A program made the position numbers and the translations under genes. A DNA stretch of 41,624 bases, from the IMG/VR virus record IMGVR_UViG_3300020472_000058, positions 1-41,624 of that record; one strand, written 5' to 3'. Every line of letters begins with the position of its first letter. Position 1 is the stretch's first letter. Positions 1 to 11,300 of this stretch are shown one piece after another. Under the pieces are notes generated by a model that saw only the letters and a list, made by a program, of their open reading frames with translations, ran no database searches and was not told where the DNA came from. The DNA comes from a virus. Its lineage: Duplodnaviria; Caudoviricetes.

Positions 1-39
1 TGTTCCTGCGTAGTCTGCGATTATACGAGCTTTACTCAT
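1..39 (-). CDS. 5' fragment of a further tail-fibre-region protein (MSKARIIADYAGT...), truncated by the window edge
   Basis: ATG at 39 overlaps the stop of the upstream micro-ORF (ATGA); frame is open to position 1. Confidence 0.55.
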   Translation of the reverse strand, partial: MSKARIIADYAGT

Positions 40-95
40 GTGTTATTACTCTCATTAGAATTGTTAATTGTTTTTGATGCTCCGATATAACTCAT
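36..95 (-). CDS. 19-aa micro-ORF MSYIGASKTINNSNESNNT, possible relic of a tail-fibre gene
   Basis: SD AAAGGA upstream of ATG at 95; ATGA coupling to the next gene. Confidence 0.45.
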   Translation of the reverse strand: MSYIGASKTINNSNESNNT

Positions 96-105
96 GTTTT
101 ATCCT

Positions 106-693
106 TTACACTGTACCAATATAAGTACCCCAAAATTGGGTTTCATTAATAGCAAGATTTTGTGTATCGTTTTCGTTATGGTCAACCCAAAGTGAGACAT
201 AATCATTAGTATCTAATTGAATAATTGCTGACCCACTCACGCCTTGTGTGTAATTTGAAGCGAGATAAGAAAATTGTTGATTAAATGCGTAAATATTAGT
301 AGCAGTATCTACCCCATTTCTACGAAGTGCACATCTAAGCCTTTCAGACGTATCTAACTGAGTCAATACCACACTATACCCACATAAATAAATACCTTGA
401 ACTGTTGGTGTGAATCTGCCTGAAGCATAATGGCCTAATGAATCAAAATTTTCTACCCATGTTCCTACCGCACTAGCTTCAGTCCAAGAATTATTTGGAA
501 TTGCACAGTCAGCAACACTATTGTAAGCTGAAAAAGCATGAATCTTTTTGGTTACTCCTGTACCTATAGTTCCTGCTGTTACAGTACCTAATGAAATATT
601 ACCAGTTGAGGTAGCTACTGTCATTCTTGTTGCATCTTGGTCATCTTTTATCAGTAGATTACCTGACGTTGGTTTTATTATTAAATCTGCCAT
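106..693 (-). CDS. Tail fibre / receptor-binding protein with C1q/TNF-like C-terminal domain
   Basis: AFSAY...GRFTPTVQGIYL...SGSAIIQLDTNDYVSLWV...FWGTYI is a C1q-like pattern; lies in the fibre cluster. Confidence 0.7.
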   Translation of the reverse strand: MADLIIKPTSGNLLIKDDQDATRMTVATSTGNISLGTVTAGTIGTGVTKKIHAFSAYNSVADCAIPNNSWTEASAVGTWVENFDSLGHYASGRFTPTVQGIYLCGYSVVLTQLDTSERLRCALRRNGVDTATNIYAFNQQFSYLASNYTQGVSGSAIIQLDTNDYVSLWVDHNENDTQNLAINETQFWGTYIGTV

Positions 694-696
694 GTG

Positions 697-1002
697 TTAC
701 TCCTTCGGAAATTTGGTTTTAACAGCTTCTACTGCTTCGGCATGAGTAGTAGTGCTATTCTTCATGTCCTTATAAATCATATCTAACTGATCGCCTACTG
801 AGGGATAGGCTACTGCCCTTTGTCTTGCGTAGGCTTGTGCCTCAAATTCTGCCTCAATACGTTTTACTTCTACATCTATTTCTTCTTGAGATGGCGGATC
901 ATTTTCGTCATCTTTCCAATCAACTATTTTTTCACCGATCATTGTGAATTTAGAATTTGGCCTTAAATTAGAATGTGCCTGTATCACATTTTTCTCACTC
1001 AT
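697..1002 (-). CDS. Small tail-fibre-associated / assembly chaperone-like protein
   Basis: YARQRAVAYPSVGDQLDMIY...VKTKFPK motif typical of small genes following fibre genes in aquatic phages; ATGA overlap with the fibre gene. Confidence 0.6.
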   Translation of the reverse strand: MSEKNVIQAHSNLRPNSKFTMIGEKIVDWKDDENDPPSQEEIDVEVKRIEAEFEAQAYARQRAVAYPSVGDQLDMIYKDMKNSTTTHAEAVEAVKTKFPKE

Positions 1003-3602
1003 GCTGCTACCTCTGTAACTGTAAAAAGTGCATCTTGGTTATGGATACCATAATGCCAATAACCATGAACACCTGTGTCATTATCAGGTTCTCTCCTTAT
1101 TTTTATCCCTAATTTAACAGTAGTCCCTGCGGGAAGATTAGGAGAATATAGGTAAGTATAAGCTGATTTAAAACTTATATGGAAATTAACATTAGAATAT
1201 TCATGGCAATCGTGGGCTTGAACATTTCTTATAAATGTATCAGTCCCTGAATCGTAAACTCTCCATAATTCCCCAACACACCCATAATTATTACCACCGG
1301 GATTGAGATGTCCAAGAGTCACTCCTTGAATTAATAATTTTGAATTTAATTGTTTTGTTGTAATTGTTGCAGTTAGTACATTAGTATCTCCTGCAGAACA
1401 AGTTTCGACTAATGTTACAATAGAAGAACCCTGACTGTTAGATTCAACAACCTGCAAAACACTACCAGTAGGGAACGTAACCCCACTCCCTAAAGTTCCT
1501 GAAGTAACAGTTCCAAATCCTGTAATTGCTGGACTACCAGTAACAGCACTTCCCAATTCCCCTGTCATCCCTGACAAAGTGGTTTGCGGATCATTCATCA
1601 ACCTTCCAGACTCAATAGTACCTGAACCAGTAATCGTTCTAGCAGAAGAATCATTCGTAATCACTACATCTGAATCTGCAATCGTGCCTAGTGCTAAGTG
1701 TTTTGTTACATTAATATCTCCTGTAAGAGTATAGGAATCATTTAAAAGTAGTTTCTCAGTTGAATAAGTACCAGATAAGTTCTTAGTAGTTTCTGACTGA
1801 GTAATACCTTCATTTAATGTTACTGTGGCATTATTAGTAACTGTACCATTATGAGTAACTGCTGAACTGAATGTACCTCCATTAGAAGCACTAACCATGT
1901 CTGCGGTTGTAAAGGGCTTAAATGCTAATACGGAAATTTCATCGTTGAGAACTGCTCCCGTAGTTAGGACAATACTTGATCCATTAGTTGCAGTATAATC
2001 AGTACCATCTTTAAGCTGGACACCATTCATAAAGACAATGATATTGCTTTGAATATATGAGAGTGTTCCTCCTACATCCGCAGTTCCTGTATAGGTCTTA
2101 TTTGATACTTGTGTTGAAGTAGTTACAAACTTGTATTCAAGTAAGCTTGTATTTCCTGCGGAGGTTGCAGCTATCCAGTTAGCACCATCATAAATCCTCA
2201 TTTCATTCTCTTGTGAATTAAAATAAAGATTTCCGCTTATAAGTGCATCACCATCATTGTTTGCTGCTGGTCCTCCTGTAGTACTATTAAATGCTCCGTA
2301 AACTCCTGACCCTTGAAATACAAGTGTTTGTGGACTTGGACTAGCTGCTCCAAAGGCATTTGAGATTACTATAGGAGAAGTAGTTTGACTTCCAATAATA
2401 TTAGCTCCTACTGGATAACCTGTTCCTGTAGAAGTAAGTTCTTGACCTATGGTTACTGATCCTGAAGATGTTCCTGTAAACGCAATGGAAGATGAGTCCT
2501 TTGACCATGATGCTCCTGTTAGGGTTACTGCATCCGCACTACTTTTATCACTCCTCATTGAACCAAGATAGACATCTGAGAAGTTGTCATAAACTTGTGC
2601 AACTGCTGTTGCGCTATTCTTAGCTTCTGTAGCTGAGTTTTGGGCATCTGTAGAGTAGTGCAAAGCTGATCTAGCTGTTGAAGCTGCACCAGGAACTGCT
2701 GTGTTGTGTGCAGTAGTAGCCCAACCCTTTGCAGAACCTCCTGTTGTATCTGCACTTGCTGAGATATCCTGTGCATAAGCTTTTGAAGAGTATCCTTCAC
2801 CTGAATCAACCTCTGCACTTCCTGCGTTAGTTGCCCATTCCTTTGCTGATCCAGTTGACGGAGCGTGAGTTCCTACTACAGAAGCGTGAGCTTTTGCAGA
2901 GTGACCTAAATCACTACCAGTTCGGGTATTATCAGTATATACTTTTACTTGTCCATCTACTTTCTGCGCCCAATCTGCTGCTTCTAATTTGTAATCCTCA
3001 GTATCTTCTTTGTAACCTAATGTAGTAGTTTTATATCCAACAATGGTGGCATCGTGTGTTTCTAACTGTCCTACGTTTACTGCATCGTTATCATTTACTC
3101 CATCTGCTACATCTTTAATAACCTTACTTGAACCATCCCATTTATCATTTGCATCTACTACTATCCCTTGTAGAGCTATATCAATCGCTTCCTGAGCTAC
3201 ATGGAGAGTCTGGTTAGTAGAATCATCCAGATCTTGTTCTCGTATTACTGATCCAGGTGCAAAGTCTACCTGAGCTAAATAACGATTTGAGATACGTTTT
3301 ATAAGTACTTTTTGTCCTCCAGAAATATTACTTACTAAATGAACTTTAGTAGGATTAGTTAAACTATCAACGTAGAAACCATGTGCATTGGGAGATTGAT
3401 TTCCAGCATCAGTCGCATTAGCAACAGAACCATCTCCTTCAAGCAGGACTCCATTAGCATAGACCTCTAAGGTTTCCCCATTTGTACTATCAAATTTAGT
3501 AGTTGGAGCAGAAGAGGAGCCAGCATTCAACGCATAGTTATTATTATCATTATAATTTAACTCCTCGTAACTAAACGGTCCGAGTCCTTGTGCTGTTGGC
3601 AT
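999..3602 (-). CDS. Tail fibre protein (gp17-like)
   Basis: N-terminal T7-type adaptor (VDFAPGSVIREQDLDDSTNQTLHVAQE), then IKDVADGVNDNDAVNVGQL, SAKEWA-type repeats and VFMNGVQL..DY domain; follows gp16. Confidence 0.88.
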   Translation of the reverse strand: MPTAQGLGPFSYEELNYNDNNNYALNAGSSSAPTTKFDSTNGETLEVYANGVLLEGDGSVANATDAGNQSPNAHGFYVDSLTNPTKVHLVSNISGGQKVLIKRISNRYLAQVDFAPGSVIREQDLDDSTNQTLHVAQEAIDIALQGIVVDANDKWDGSSKVIKDVADGVNDNDAVNVGQLETHDATIVGYKTTTLGYKEDTEDYKLEAADWAQKVDGQVKVYTDNTRTGSDLGHSAKAHASVVGTHAPSTGSAKEWATNAGSAEVDSGEGYSSKAYAQDISASADTTGGSAKGWATTAHNTAVPGAASTARSALHYSTDAQNSATEAKNSATAVAQVYDNFSDVYLGSMRSDKSSADAVTLTGASWSKDSSSIAFTGTSSGSVTIGQELTSTGTGYPVGANIIGSQTTSPIVISNAFGAASPSPQTLVFQGSGVYGAFNSTTGGPAANNDGDALISGNLYFNSQENEMRIYDGANWIAATSAGNTSLLEYKFVTTSTQVSNKTYTGTADVGGTLSYIQSNIIVFMNGVQLKDGTDYTATNGSSIVLTTGAVLNDEISVLAFKPFTTADMVSASNGGTFSSAVTHNGTVTNNATVTLNEGITQSETTKNLSGTYSTEKLLLNDSYTLTGDINVTKHLALGTIADSDVVITNDSSARTITGSGTIESGRLMNDPQTTLSGMTGELGSAVTGSPAITGFGTVTSGTLGSGVTFPTGSVLQVVESNSQGSSIVTLVETCSAGDTNVLTATITTKQLNSKLLIQGVTLGHLNPGGNNYGCVGELWRVYDSGTDTFIRNVQAHDCHEYSNVNFHISFKSAYTYLYSPNLPAGTTVKLGIKIRREPDNDTGVHGYWHYGIHNQDALFTVTEVAA

Positions 3603-3622
3603 TGTTTATTCCTTTTTTACTA

Positions 3623-6600
3623 TTATAATTTATCTTTTTCAAATAAGGGAGGATTTCCTGTTCTTTGAATTTCTGCATTTACCCAATATTCCATAAATTC
3701 TCCATTTCTTTCTCTCATCATCATTTCTTGCATACCCATTAAACGATTTTTTTGTAACAAAAGGTCAATTTGATCTTTTAACATCTCTTTTTCAAATCTT
3801 CCTTCAGGAGTATTTTCAAATTCTCCTAGTCGTTGTCTCAAAATAATTTCATCCCAATATGGACCACTAAAAGTTTGTTTGTTTAACTGTCCTGTTAGTA
3901 CTGCCCAATCATATTTTTGTTCTGGATTAAGAGAATAATTTGTGCCTGTGTCCCATTCCTCAGTTTTTTCATAAGGAATTTCAAAACCCATTATAAGATC
4001 TCCAGTATTGGTTCTATCTTGAACTTCAGGAGAAAATGGAATTGCTAAGATTTTTAAAGCTCTTACAAGTTTATCATGAGTTTTAGAAGGAAAATATTTT
4101 ACCATATCCCCTTCAGGACCAACTACAGCATGTAGATCTTGACCAATAGTAGGATACTTAGGATCACCATATTTTTTAGCTCCTATAGAACGATGTATTA
4201 TTCTTCCTACCATATTATCAGGTGGGTCCCAAGAAATAATAGAAACTCTTGTTGCTTGCTCATCTATTTGATTAAAAAATTTCAGTATCTCATTAATACT
4301 ATGTCCTTTTATAGGAGATGAAAGAGGTGCTTTTTGACCTCGTTGATCTTTATAGGTTTGATCTTCCCAATAAACAGTACCAGGAACTCTTCCAGTTTCA
4401 GGAATATTCTCACCCATAGAAACATTCATTTTCTTAGCATCTGTTTCTTTTTGATATCTGACTCCTCCTTCTCCAATTTTTCTTACATTAGCCCTTGCAC
4501 TAGATAAAGCACTAAGTCCTGGATTTAAAAAACCATAAAACTGAGAAACTTCTTTTCCAGGATTCCATTCATAACCGAAACCTGGAATTAGATTTTGAAT
4601 GGTTTCTCTAGCTCCTTGAGCCATCGGTAAATCTAATACAAAATCTGCTAAAGCTCTCCTAAAATTAAGAGTTATTTCTTCCATTTCTCGTATACCTTCG
4701 GCTCTTTCTGTACCTTCCATCTTCATAATGGCTTCATAAGCTTGTGCTTCTCTTGTAGCAAAAATTGCTCCTAATACAAGAGGTGATTTAGCCATATCTA
4801 AACGTTCTAAAGGTAAATGAGTTATTTCACCAGTTTTAAGATCCCTCATGGTTATTGTAGGTCCATAAGGTTTTCCTGTGACTAATTTCATCTGTTGTCC
4901 AGTACGTTTAGCAGCATCTATACCTTCCATATAGACTTCTTTTTCATCATCATTAAGCCACTTAGCTCCTAGTCCCCAACCAGCCCACAATAAAAGACTT
5001 CCTGAAGTTATCTTAGCCATAGTTTCTTGTCTAAAAGCTTCATTATTTATAAACTTACGTCTATTTGGTCCATTGAAAAGAGTTGTAGCTATTTTACCTA
5101 TACCTCTTTCAGTCAATGTCTGCTTATAAATATTTGCCATTGTTCTAATGAAAGAGAATTTACTTGCTGCATAAGTACGAACTAAATTCTCACCTATATT
5201 TGCAGGAATATTTGGATTATTACTTACCTTATTTTTAAAATCTTCAGTAGATTGAACTGGTTTCCAAGCTTGTTCCTGCATTAAACCTGTTTTCCTACCT
5301 TTTGTAGCCATTTCAGCTATATCAGGAGGTAAGTTCTTAACTACATTAAAGGATTCTTCTACAAGTTCTTTTGTTGAAAAACTATCTGCGGATTCCGCAC
5401 CTTTCTTTGCACTATGTTTTCCTCGTAATATTTCCTCAGCCCTCTTTGTAGATTGCATGTGTATTTCTGCTCTTTCAAGAATTGTTCCAAAGAAACCATC
5501 TTGAGCCATAATTAAACGAGAGTTGAAGCTAGTTATAAATCCTGCACCATTCACTAAGAATTTAAAAAATTTTACTCCATGACCTTTTAGCCCTACTTCT
5601 GGAAGTTCAAATAATTCATCAAGAATATCTGCATTTAATCCTTTAGCCATGACCCATTCACCAATCTTTTGATTAGAAGGTCCAGCCATCTTTATCATTT
5701 CATGGGCATCTCCTGAGGCTCCACCAAGTTTAAGAGTTTTTGCTGTCTCTATTCCTTGTCCATAAGCAGATCTCTTAACAAGTTCTTCACCTGTTTCATC
5801 AGACATACCTTTCATCTTTTTAAAATATCCTGTACCTCCAAAGACTTCTAAAAGAGCCTGAGCCATTCCAAACTGGTAGGCATTAGCCTGAGACATAGTT
5901 ATGCCTTTTCCTGCACCTAGTATAGGTTTTCCAGTTTTTTTATATAGTAATTTTGCAGCTGTGTTCCAAGAAGCAGCTATATAATTTTCAAAGGTTTTTG
6001 CTGCTAGGTATGTAGTTAATCCAACAGGAACAGCAGCTAGGGTCTTAGGACTGCTTAACAAGCCTCCTATAGCAATACTTTTAAGAGCTTCAAATCCATA
6101 AGCTAATAATCCTTTTTTCTGATTAAGTGCTCTCAGTAAAGCTTCAGGACCTTCATGAGCAGAAACAGCTTGAGCTATAGTAACAAAAAGTTCTTCTCCT
6201 TGAAGTCCTCCATCTTTTGCAGAAGTAATAATAGCATCCATAAGACCTTCTGTTCCTCCTACAGAAATCTTTCTTGCTTCCAAAGCTCTTGCAACATTTC
6301 CTGCTAGTTTCACATCTGCTTCTAATACATCCATTAATTTATATGTATTAGTATAAAATTCTAATAAAGCTTCTTTATATACAGGATCTTTTGCTTTTAA
6401 TTCCCCACTAAGTACTTTCTGTTTTAGATTTGCAACATTATCTGCAGCCATCCTGAATGGTACAGTTTCTTCAATAAGATATTGTCGTAAAGCCAACATG
6501 TATCCTGGAAGAGTATCTGATCCCTGTGCATATTCTTGAAGATATTTAATAGCATTCTCCTCACCTCCTAATAAATGCTCTAAATCACCACGAATCTTTG

Positions 6601-8389
6601 CAGCATCCATCACAGTTTCAGGATGAGATTTTATTGCATTTGCATAATGTTTATTAAATACTTCTCCTAGTTCAGCTATGGATTGTTTCCTATTTTCACC
6701 AGAAATATTTTTTAAATTATAAAGTGAAGGAAAGTAATCACTCTTACCAGCCATAATTTCATCATAACTTACTCCATCCTCAATCCCCTTCATAACTTTA
6801 TTAATACTATCTGACCATTCTCTTTTTGTACTTTTCTTTTTAATCAGGAAAGATTCAATATCCTCATGTTTAATAACTGGTTGTAATATATCATCCTCCA
6901 TTTTAAGCCCTTGAGATTCAAGCATCTCTTTAACTGCATTCTTCTCACGGACTTTAACTCCTACTGCCTTACCACCTTTTGCTAATATATTTTTTCTTCC
7001 TTCTTTAACAGAAGCTTTCTCTATTTGTTCTTTAGCAATATTCTGAATTCTTAGAAGCTCTTTAGTCTTGATTGGTTGTGGTCCACCAAGATCTAATCTC
7101 ATAGCTTCTTCTACAGGAAAATTCCTAAAGATACGATCAAAATATGTTGCTCCGTATGCTAAGGCTTTTTGAGCTTTTTCTTTAGAACCTTTTACTGCTG
7201 GTCTAGAAGCATGCCAAGCTCCTTTTCCTGTAAGCATGACTAGAGGAGCAATTGTTGATAATCCAACTCCTGTATATACTGAGTCTACAAAGGATTTAAA
7301 GCGTTCTTCAAATATATTATCATCAGGACTACCAGCTATTTCATCTACCATATCTGATTTTACACCCATCATTTGAAGAGCAGTTGCTAATCTTTCCTGT
7401 GGTGTAGTTATAGCTGTTCCTCCTAAAACTTCCTTAGCAGCCATTCCTCCACCAGGAGTCTCTAACATTGCTGCTATTCTTGGATATAAAGACTTAATAG
7501 GTACAGCTACAGAACTATAAATAGCTTTTCCTGTAGCGTATGCCAGACCAAATTCTCCTCCTGATAATGCTAATTGTCCTAAGATTGTTTGAGGTTTATC
7601 TGCAGGAGGTAAATAGTAATTACTAGCTTCATAAAAAGCATTATCTAAATCTTTTGTAACTTTTATACTTGGAGAAAGAAGAGTTCCCATTGAGGCTTGG
7701 TCTGTCATCCAGACTCCTAAATCTGTAATTTTAGCTACACTATCAACAAGACCTTTTCCTAACATATAAGGAGCATCTATAAAGATCTCTTTAAAAGTCT
7801 GACCTGTAGCACTCACAGCATCCATTGCAAAAGTTTCAACAGGACGTTCTCGTTTGTTCCACTCTCTTCCTAAGAATTCTTTGAATGTATCAGCAACTGG
7901 ACTTACAGGACGAGGATCTTCTCCACCAATAGAATCAGGAATAGCATAAATATCTGGAAATACTTCTTTCAAAGGATTTAAGAGATTGGCAACATCCACA
8001 TCTTCAAATACTCCTCCATCCCTAAAATCTCCTTGTTCTTTATAAAAATTATTAATGAGATTTGTTGCGTGATGTGCTCCATTAGGATGTTCAGAGATTT
8101 TAAACATAAGATTTAGAAGATCTTGTTCTTTATCTTTAGCTGATCTTTCTTCAGAATCATATCCTCTTGATTCCAGAGATGCCTGATAAAATTTATCTTC
8201 TACTTGTTCTCCTACTTCTTGTTGAAACTGTTGTTCATTATAAACATTCTCAGGAAGATTTTCTAATACATCTTGTTGAGGAGTTAAGGATGGTTGAGAA
8301 GTCTCCTCAGCTACTACAGGATCTTCAATTAGTACCTCTGTATTTTCTTCTTCTTCTTCAGGAAGAATTTCTTCCATTTCTTCACTCAT
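3623..8389 (-). CDS. Internal virion (ejection) protein, gp16/IVP-D position
   Basis: 1588 aa helical-looking protein between the gp15-like gene and the fibre; call rests on synteny. Confidence 0.7.
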   Translation of the reverse strand: MSEEMEEILPEEEEENTEVLIEDPVVAEETSQPSLTPQQDVLENLPENVYNEQQFQQEVGEQVEDKFYQASLESRGYDSEERSAKDKEQDLLNLMFKISEHPNGAHHATNLINNFYKEQGDFRDGGVFEDVDVANLLNPLKEVFPDIYAIPDSIGGEDPRPVSPVADTFKEFLGREWNKRERPVETFAMDAVSATGQTFKEIFIDAPYMLGKGLVDSVAKITDLGVWMTDQASMGTLLSPSIKVTKDLDNAFYEASNYYLPPADKPQTILGQLALSGGEFGLAYATGKAIYSSVAVPIKSLYPRIAAMLETPGGGMAAKEVLGGTAITTPQERLATALQMMGVKSDMVDEIAGSPDDNIFEERFKSFVDSVYTGVGLSTIAPLVMLTGKGAWHASRPAVKGSKEKAQKALAYGATYFDRIFRNFPVEEAMRLDLGGPQPIKTKELLRIQNIAKEQIEKASVKEGRKNILAKGGKAVGVKVREKNAVKEMLESQGLKMEDDILQPVIKHEDIESFLIKKKSTKREWSDSINKVMKGIEDGVSYDEIMAGKSDYFPSLYNLKNISGENRKQSIAELGEVFNKHYANAIKSHPETVMDAAKIRGDLEHLLGGEENAIKYLQEYAQGSDTLPGYMLALRQYLIEETVPFRMAADNVANLKQKVLSGELKAKDPVYKEALLEFYTNTYKLMDVLEADVKLAGNVARALEARKISVGGTEGLMDAIITSAKDGGLQGEELFVTIAQAVSAHEGPEALLRALNQKKGLLAYGFEALKSIAIGGLLSSPKTLAAVPVGLTTYLAAKTFENYIAASWNTAAKLLYKKTGKPILGAGKGITMSQANAYQFGMAQALLEVFGGTGYFKKMKGMSDETGEELVKRSAYGQGIETAKTLKLGGASGDAHEMIKMAGPSNQKIGEWVMAKGLNADILDELFELPEVGLKGHGVKFFKFLVNGAGFITSFNSRLIMAQDGFFGTILERAEIHMQSTKRAEEILRGKHSAKKGAESADSFSTKELVEESFNVVKNLPPDIAEMATKGRKTGLMQEQAWKPVQSTEDFKNKVSNNPNIPANIGENLVRTYAASKFSFIRTMANIYKQTLTERGIGKIATTLFNGPNRRKFINNEAFRQETMAKITSGSLLLWAGWGLGAKWLNDDEKEVYMEGIDAAKRTGQQMKLVTGKPYGPTITMRDLKTGEITHLPLERLDMAKSPLVLGAIFATREAQAYEAIMKMEGTERAEGIREMEEITLNFRRALADFVLDLPMAQGARETIQNLIPGFGYEWNPGKEVSQFYGFLNPGLSALSSARANVRKIGEGGVRYQKETDAKKMNVSMGENIPETGRVPGTVYWEDQTYKDQRGQKAPLSSPIKGHSINEILKFFNQIDEQATRVSIISWDPPDNMVGRIIHRSIGAKKYGDPKYPTIGQDLHAVVGPEGDMVKYFPSKTHDKLVRALKILAIPFSPEVQDRTNTGDLIMGFEIPYEKTEEWDTGTNYSLNPEQKYDWAVLTGQLNKQTFSGPYWDEIILRQRLGEFENTPEGRFEKEMLKDQIDLLLQKNRLMGMQEMMMRERNGEFMEYWVNAEIQRTGNPPLFEKDKL

Positions 8390-8398
8390 GAGTAACCT

Positions 8399-11300
8399 TT
8401 ATAATGTTGAAGTAGCATAAGATGGTGTAGATATAGTAATATATTCTTCATCTGTATCATCTCCTATACCTTTAATTGCATCCCAAGTTATACTTGCCCA
8501 TCCTTGAGGATTTTCATTCAATCCTGAGCTTACTACTGATATTGCACCAGTTGAAGGAGTGATGATATAACTTGTTGTATCATTTTCAAGAGCTTTAAAA
8601 ATTTCAGATTCTTGTCCTTCTTCAGATACGTCAGATGATTTTTTAGCTTTAGGTTTAGGATTAGTTTTTCCTGAAAGTCTGTTTTTAACTTCTTCTTCTG
8701 TTTTTCGTTTTTTATCAGCTTTCCAAAGCTCCATTAATGATAGAGTATCCATAGAATATCGTCTAATTCTTTCATTAACCTTAGGACCTAATGGATGGTT
8801 ATCATCTGGATAATATTTAGTATATTTTTGAGCTATTTCATAAGCTTTTGCTAATTGTTCTTGTGGTTTAGCATTTTTTAATGATTCAGCTATACTAGCA
8901 AATTCCTGATTAAAACCTTGAGATAAAGTATCATATAATTTTCCATCTTCATTAACAGGAAGAAACATTTTATTGTTAGTGAACTTAGTTAAATGTCCTG
9001 CAAATATAGACCTGATATGATTCTCTCCTGCTGCAAATGCAGGTTTTGTTTTAACTTCTCCAAATCTTAGAAGTTCTTTAATTATACCTCTTTCCTTATT
9101 GAAATCACCAGTACTGAGATTTCCTTTTAAATACTCTGTTTCAATAAGATTTATATTTTCTTCAAGAATTTTTGTTCTAGGATCTCCTGAAAGAGCACCA
9201 GCTTTTTGTTGAAGAGTATAAGATCTAGTAATAATTCCAGCTTTAGAGACTCTTTTGGAAGGATCAGTTTTTTCTTTTATACTGACTTGAAGTTTTCTCA
9301 GATAATTATCTTGTTCTACTGCACTAAATACATTTGTAGGTTCTAATTCTACTCCATCTACAGTTCTTTTTTCATGTGTAGCCTCTCCGAAAATATCTAT
9401 AATGTCTTGAACTGCTTCAGCAGCAGTACGAGGATTCCCATCTGAATCTTGAAGTGGATTTTCTGTTATTTCTCTAATAGTATTTAATCCTTCTGTTTTA
9501 AATTTTTCTCTTGATTCTTCAACTTTTTCATACTCTTTTATCAATCTTTTTTTATCATCGGATATTTCTTTTTCTGTGCGTTGTGCGAGTATGGATGCGT
9601 AAGTATCTTGGAATCTTTCAGAATGATCAATATTAATACCTAGTGTTCCACCCTCTTTTATTATCGTTTCAAATTTGGTTTCAAAATCCTTTTGTGCATC
9701 TTCTAGGTTCGTTAAGGCTTGATCTACAGTTATTTTTCCTTCAGCACCTTCTGGAAGTGAAACCAATCCCACTATATCAGTTAAAGATTTCTCTACAGGT
9801 TTAAGCTTTTCAGATAATCTAGTTCTATATTCATTTTCTTTTATTAAATCAGCTTTAAGTCTATCAAAATCTCCAGTTTTATTTTTTCCTGCTGAAATTA
9901 GATTTAATAACTGAGTTTTTTGAGGACTACCTTCTATCCATTTATGGGAAGTTACTTTGTTTTCTAAGGCTTGCCATTGACTAGCTGTTTTTAACTCACC
10001 TCCAGTACCTTTAGCTGTTAAGTCTTTAAAAAGTTTTGTATGTACTTTTGTATCATTTTGAATATGTTCTTTTTTCTGTTGAGCAGCTATTAACGTATTA
10101 AATTCAGTAGTTAGTGTATTAGCATGTTCATCAACAATTTCTTCATCAGCTTTTATAGTAGCTAGTTTATTTAATAAATCTTTTGAAGAAAGAATTTGTC
10201 CTTTATCATCTCTTATTTGTGATCTATATTCACGAGTTTTTGTGCTACTTGTTTTTTTATTTTTATTTTGTTGAATTGTTTGGTCAGATTTTGTTATAGC
10301 TTGCTGATCTTTTACTATTTCTCTATCCTGATCTAATTCATCAAACCTTGCTTTAATCGCTGCATGTTTCATTACTACAACTGCAGGATGAGCATTAGTA
10401 TCTTGGTTAATCTTAGTTCTTTCTTTTTGTAATTGATCTACATTATATTCAGAAATGTCAGAAATAAATTCTTTTTTCATTCTAGTGCCTATTGCACTTT
10501 TAGAAATATCGAATTCTGTATGATGAGGATCTAATTCATTTATAGCTTTTGTTAGGTTACTACGCATCTCATTATATTCCTTACTCATCTTTCCTGTAGC
10601 AAAAAATTCTTGATTAGATTCAAGATTAGCTCTTGCGGTAAGTAATGCCTGTATTTTAGTTGGACTTCCTGTTGTTGTTGTTTTTCCATGCTCATCAGTC
10701 TGAATCTTAACACCTTCACCTTCACGTTGATGAGAAATAGTATGATAATCTAAAGCAGCTCCAGAATTTATTAAAACTCTATTAGAATTTTCTTTTGCTT
10801 TAGTTACTAAGTTTTTATTATAAGATTCTGTAGCTTTCTTTTCCTGTTTTAATAAAGCAGATTTTTTCTTCATTGCAGCACCAACAGCTTTAAACCAAGC
10901 AGGACCTACATCTCTTCTCTCATACATCAGTTTTCCAGCTTTTGCATTTTTACCAGTAAAAGCATCTATCAATTTAAATACAGGATCATCAGAAGATTCA
11001 GCATTAAGTAATTTACTATTAATATCATCTATTAATTGTAGTTGAACTGCATTTCTATCATGAATTCTTAGAACTTTTCCATCTGCTCCTTTAAGGTTAC
11101 TTCCTTCTGGACCTAATACAGAAATATGCTCAATTAAAGCATCAATGGATTCTGGACTTCCAAGATCAGTAGTAGGATTATCTCCAGTCAAATGAGTATC
11201 TATTCCTGATTGAATATTCCTTTGTTGTAATTCATCAACATGTCCTTGTTTTCTTAGAGCAACCATAGAAAGATATTTATTATCATTCAAAGGTACTTTC

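Noticed and set aside
106-3602. Diversity-generating retroelement or invertase acting on the fibres
   Set aside because: No reverse transcriptase, recombinase or template/variable repeat pair is visible in the window, although the missing segment cannot be assessed.
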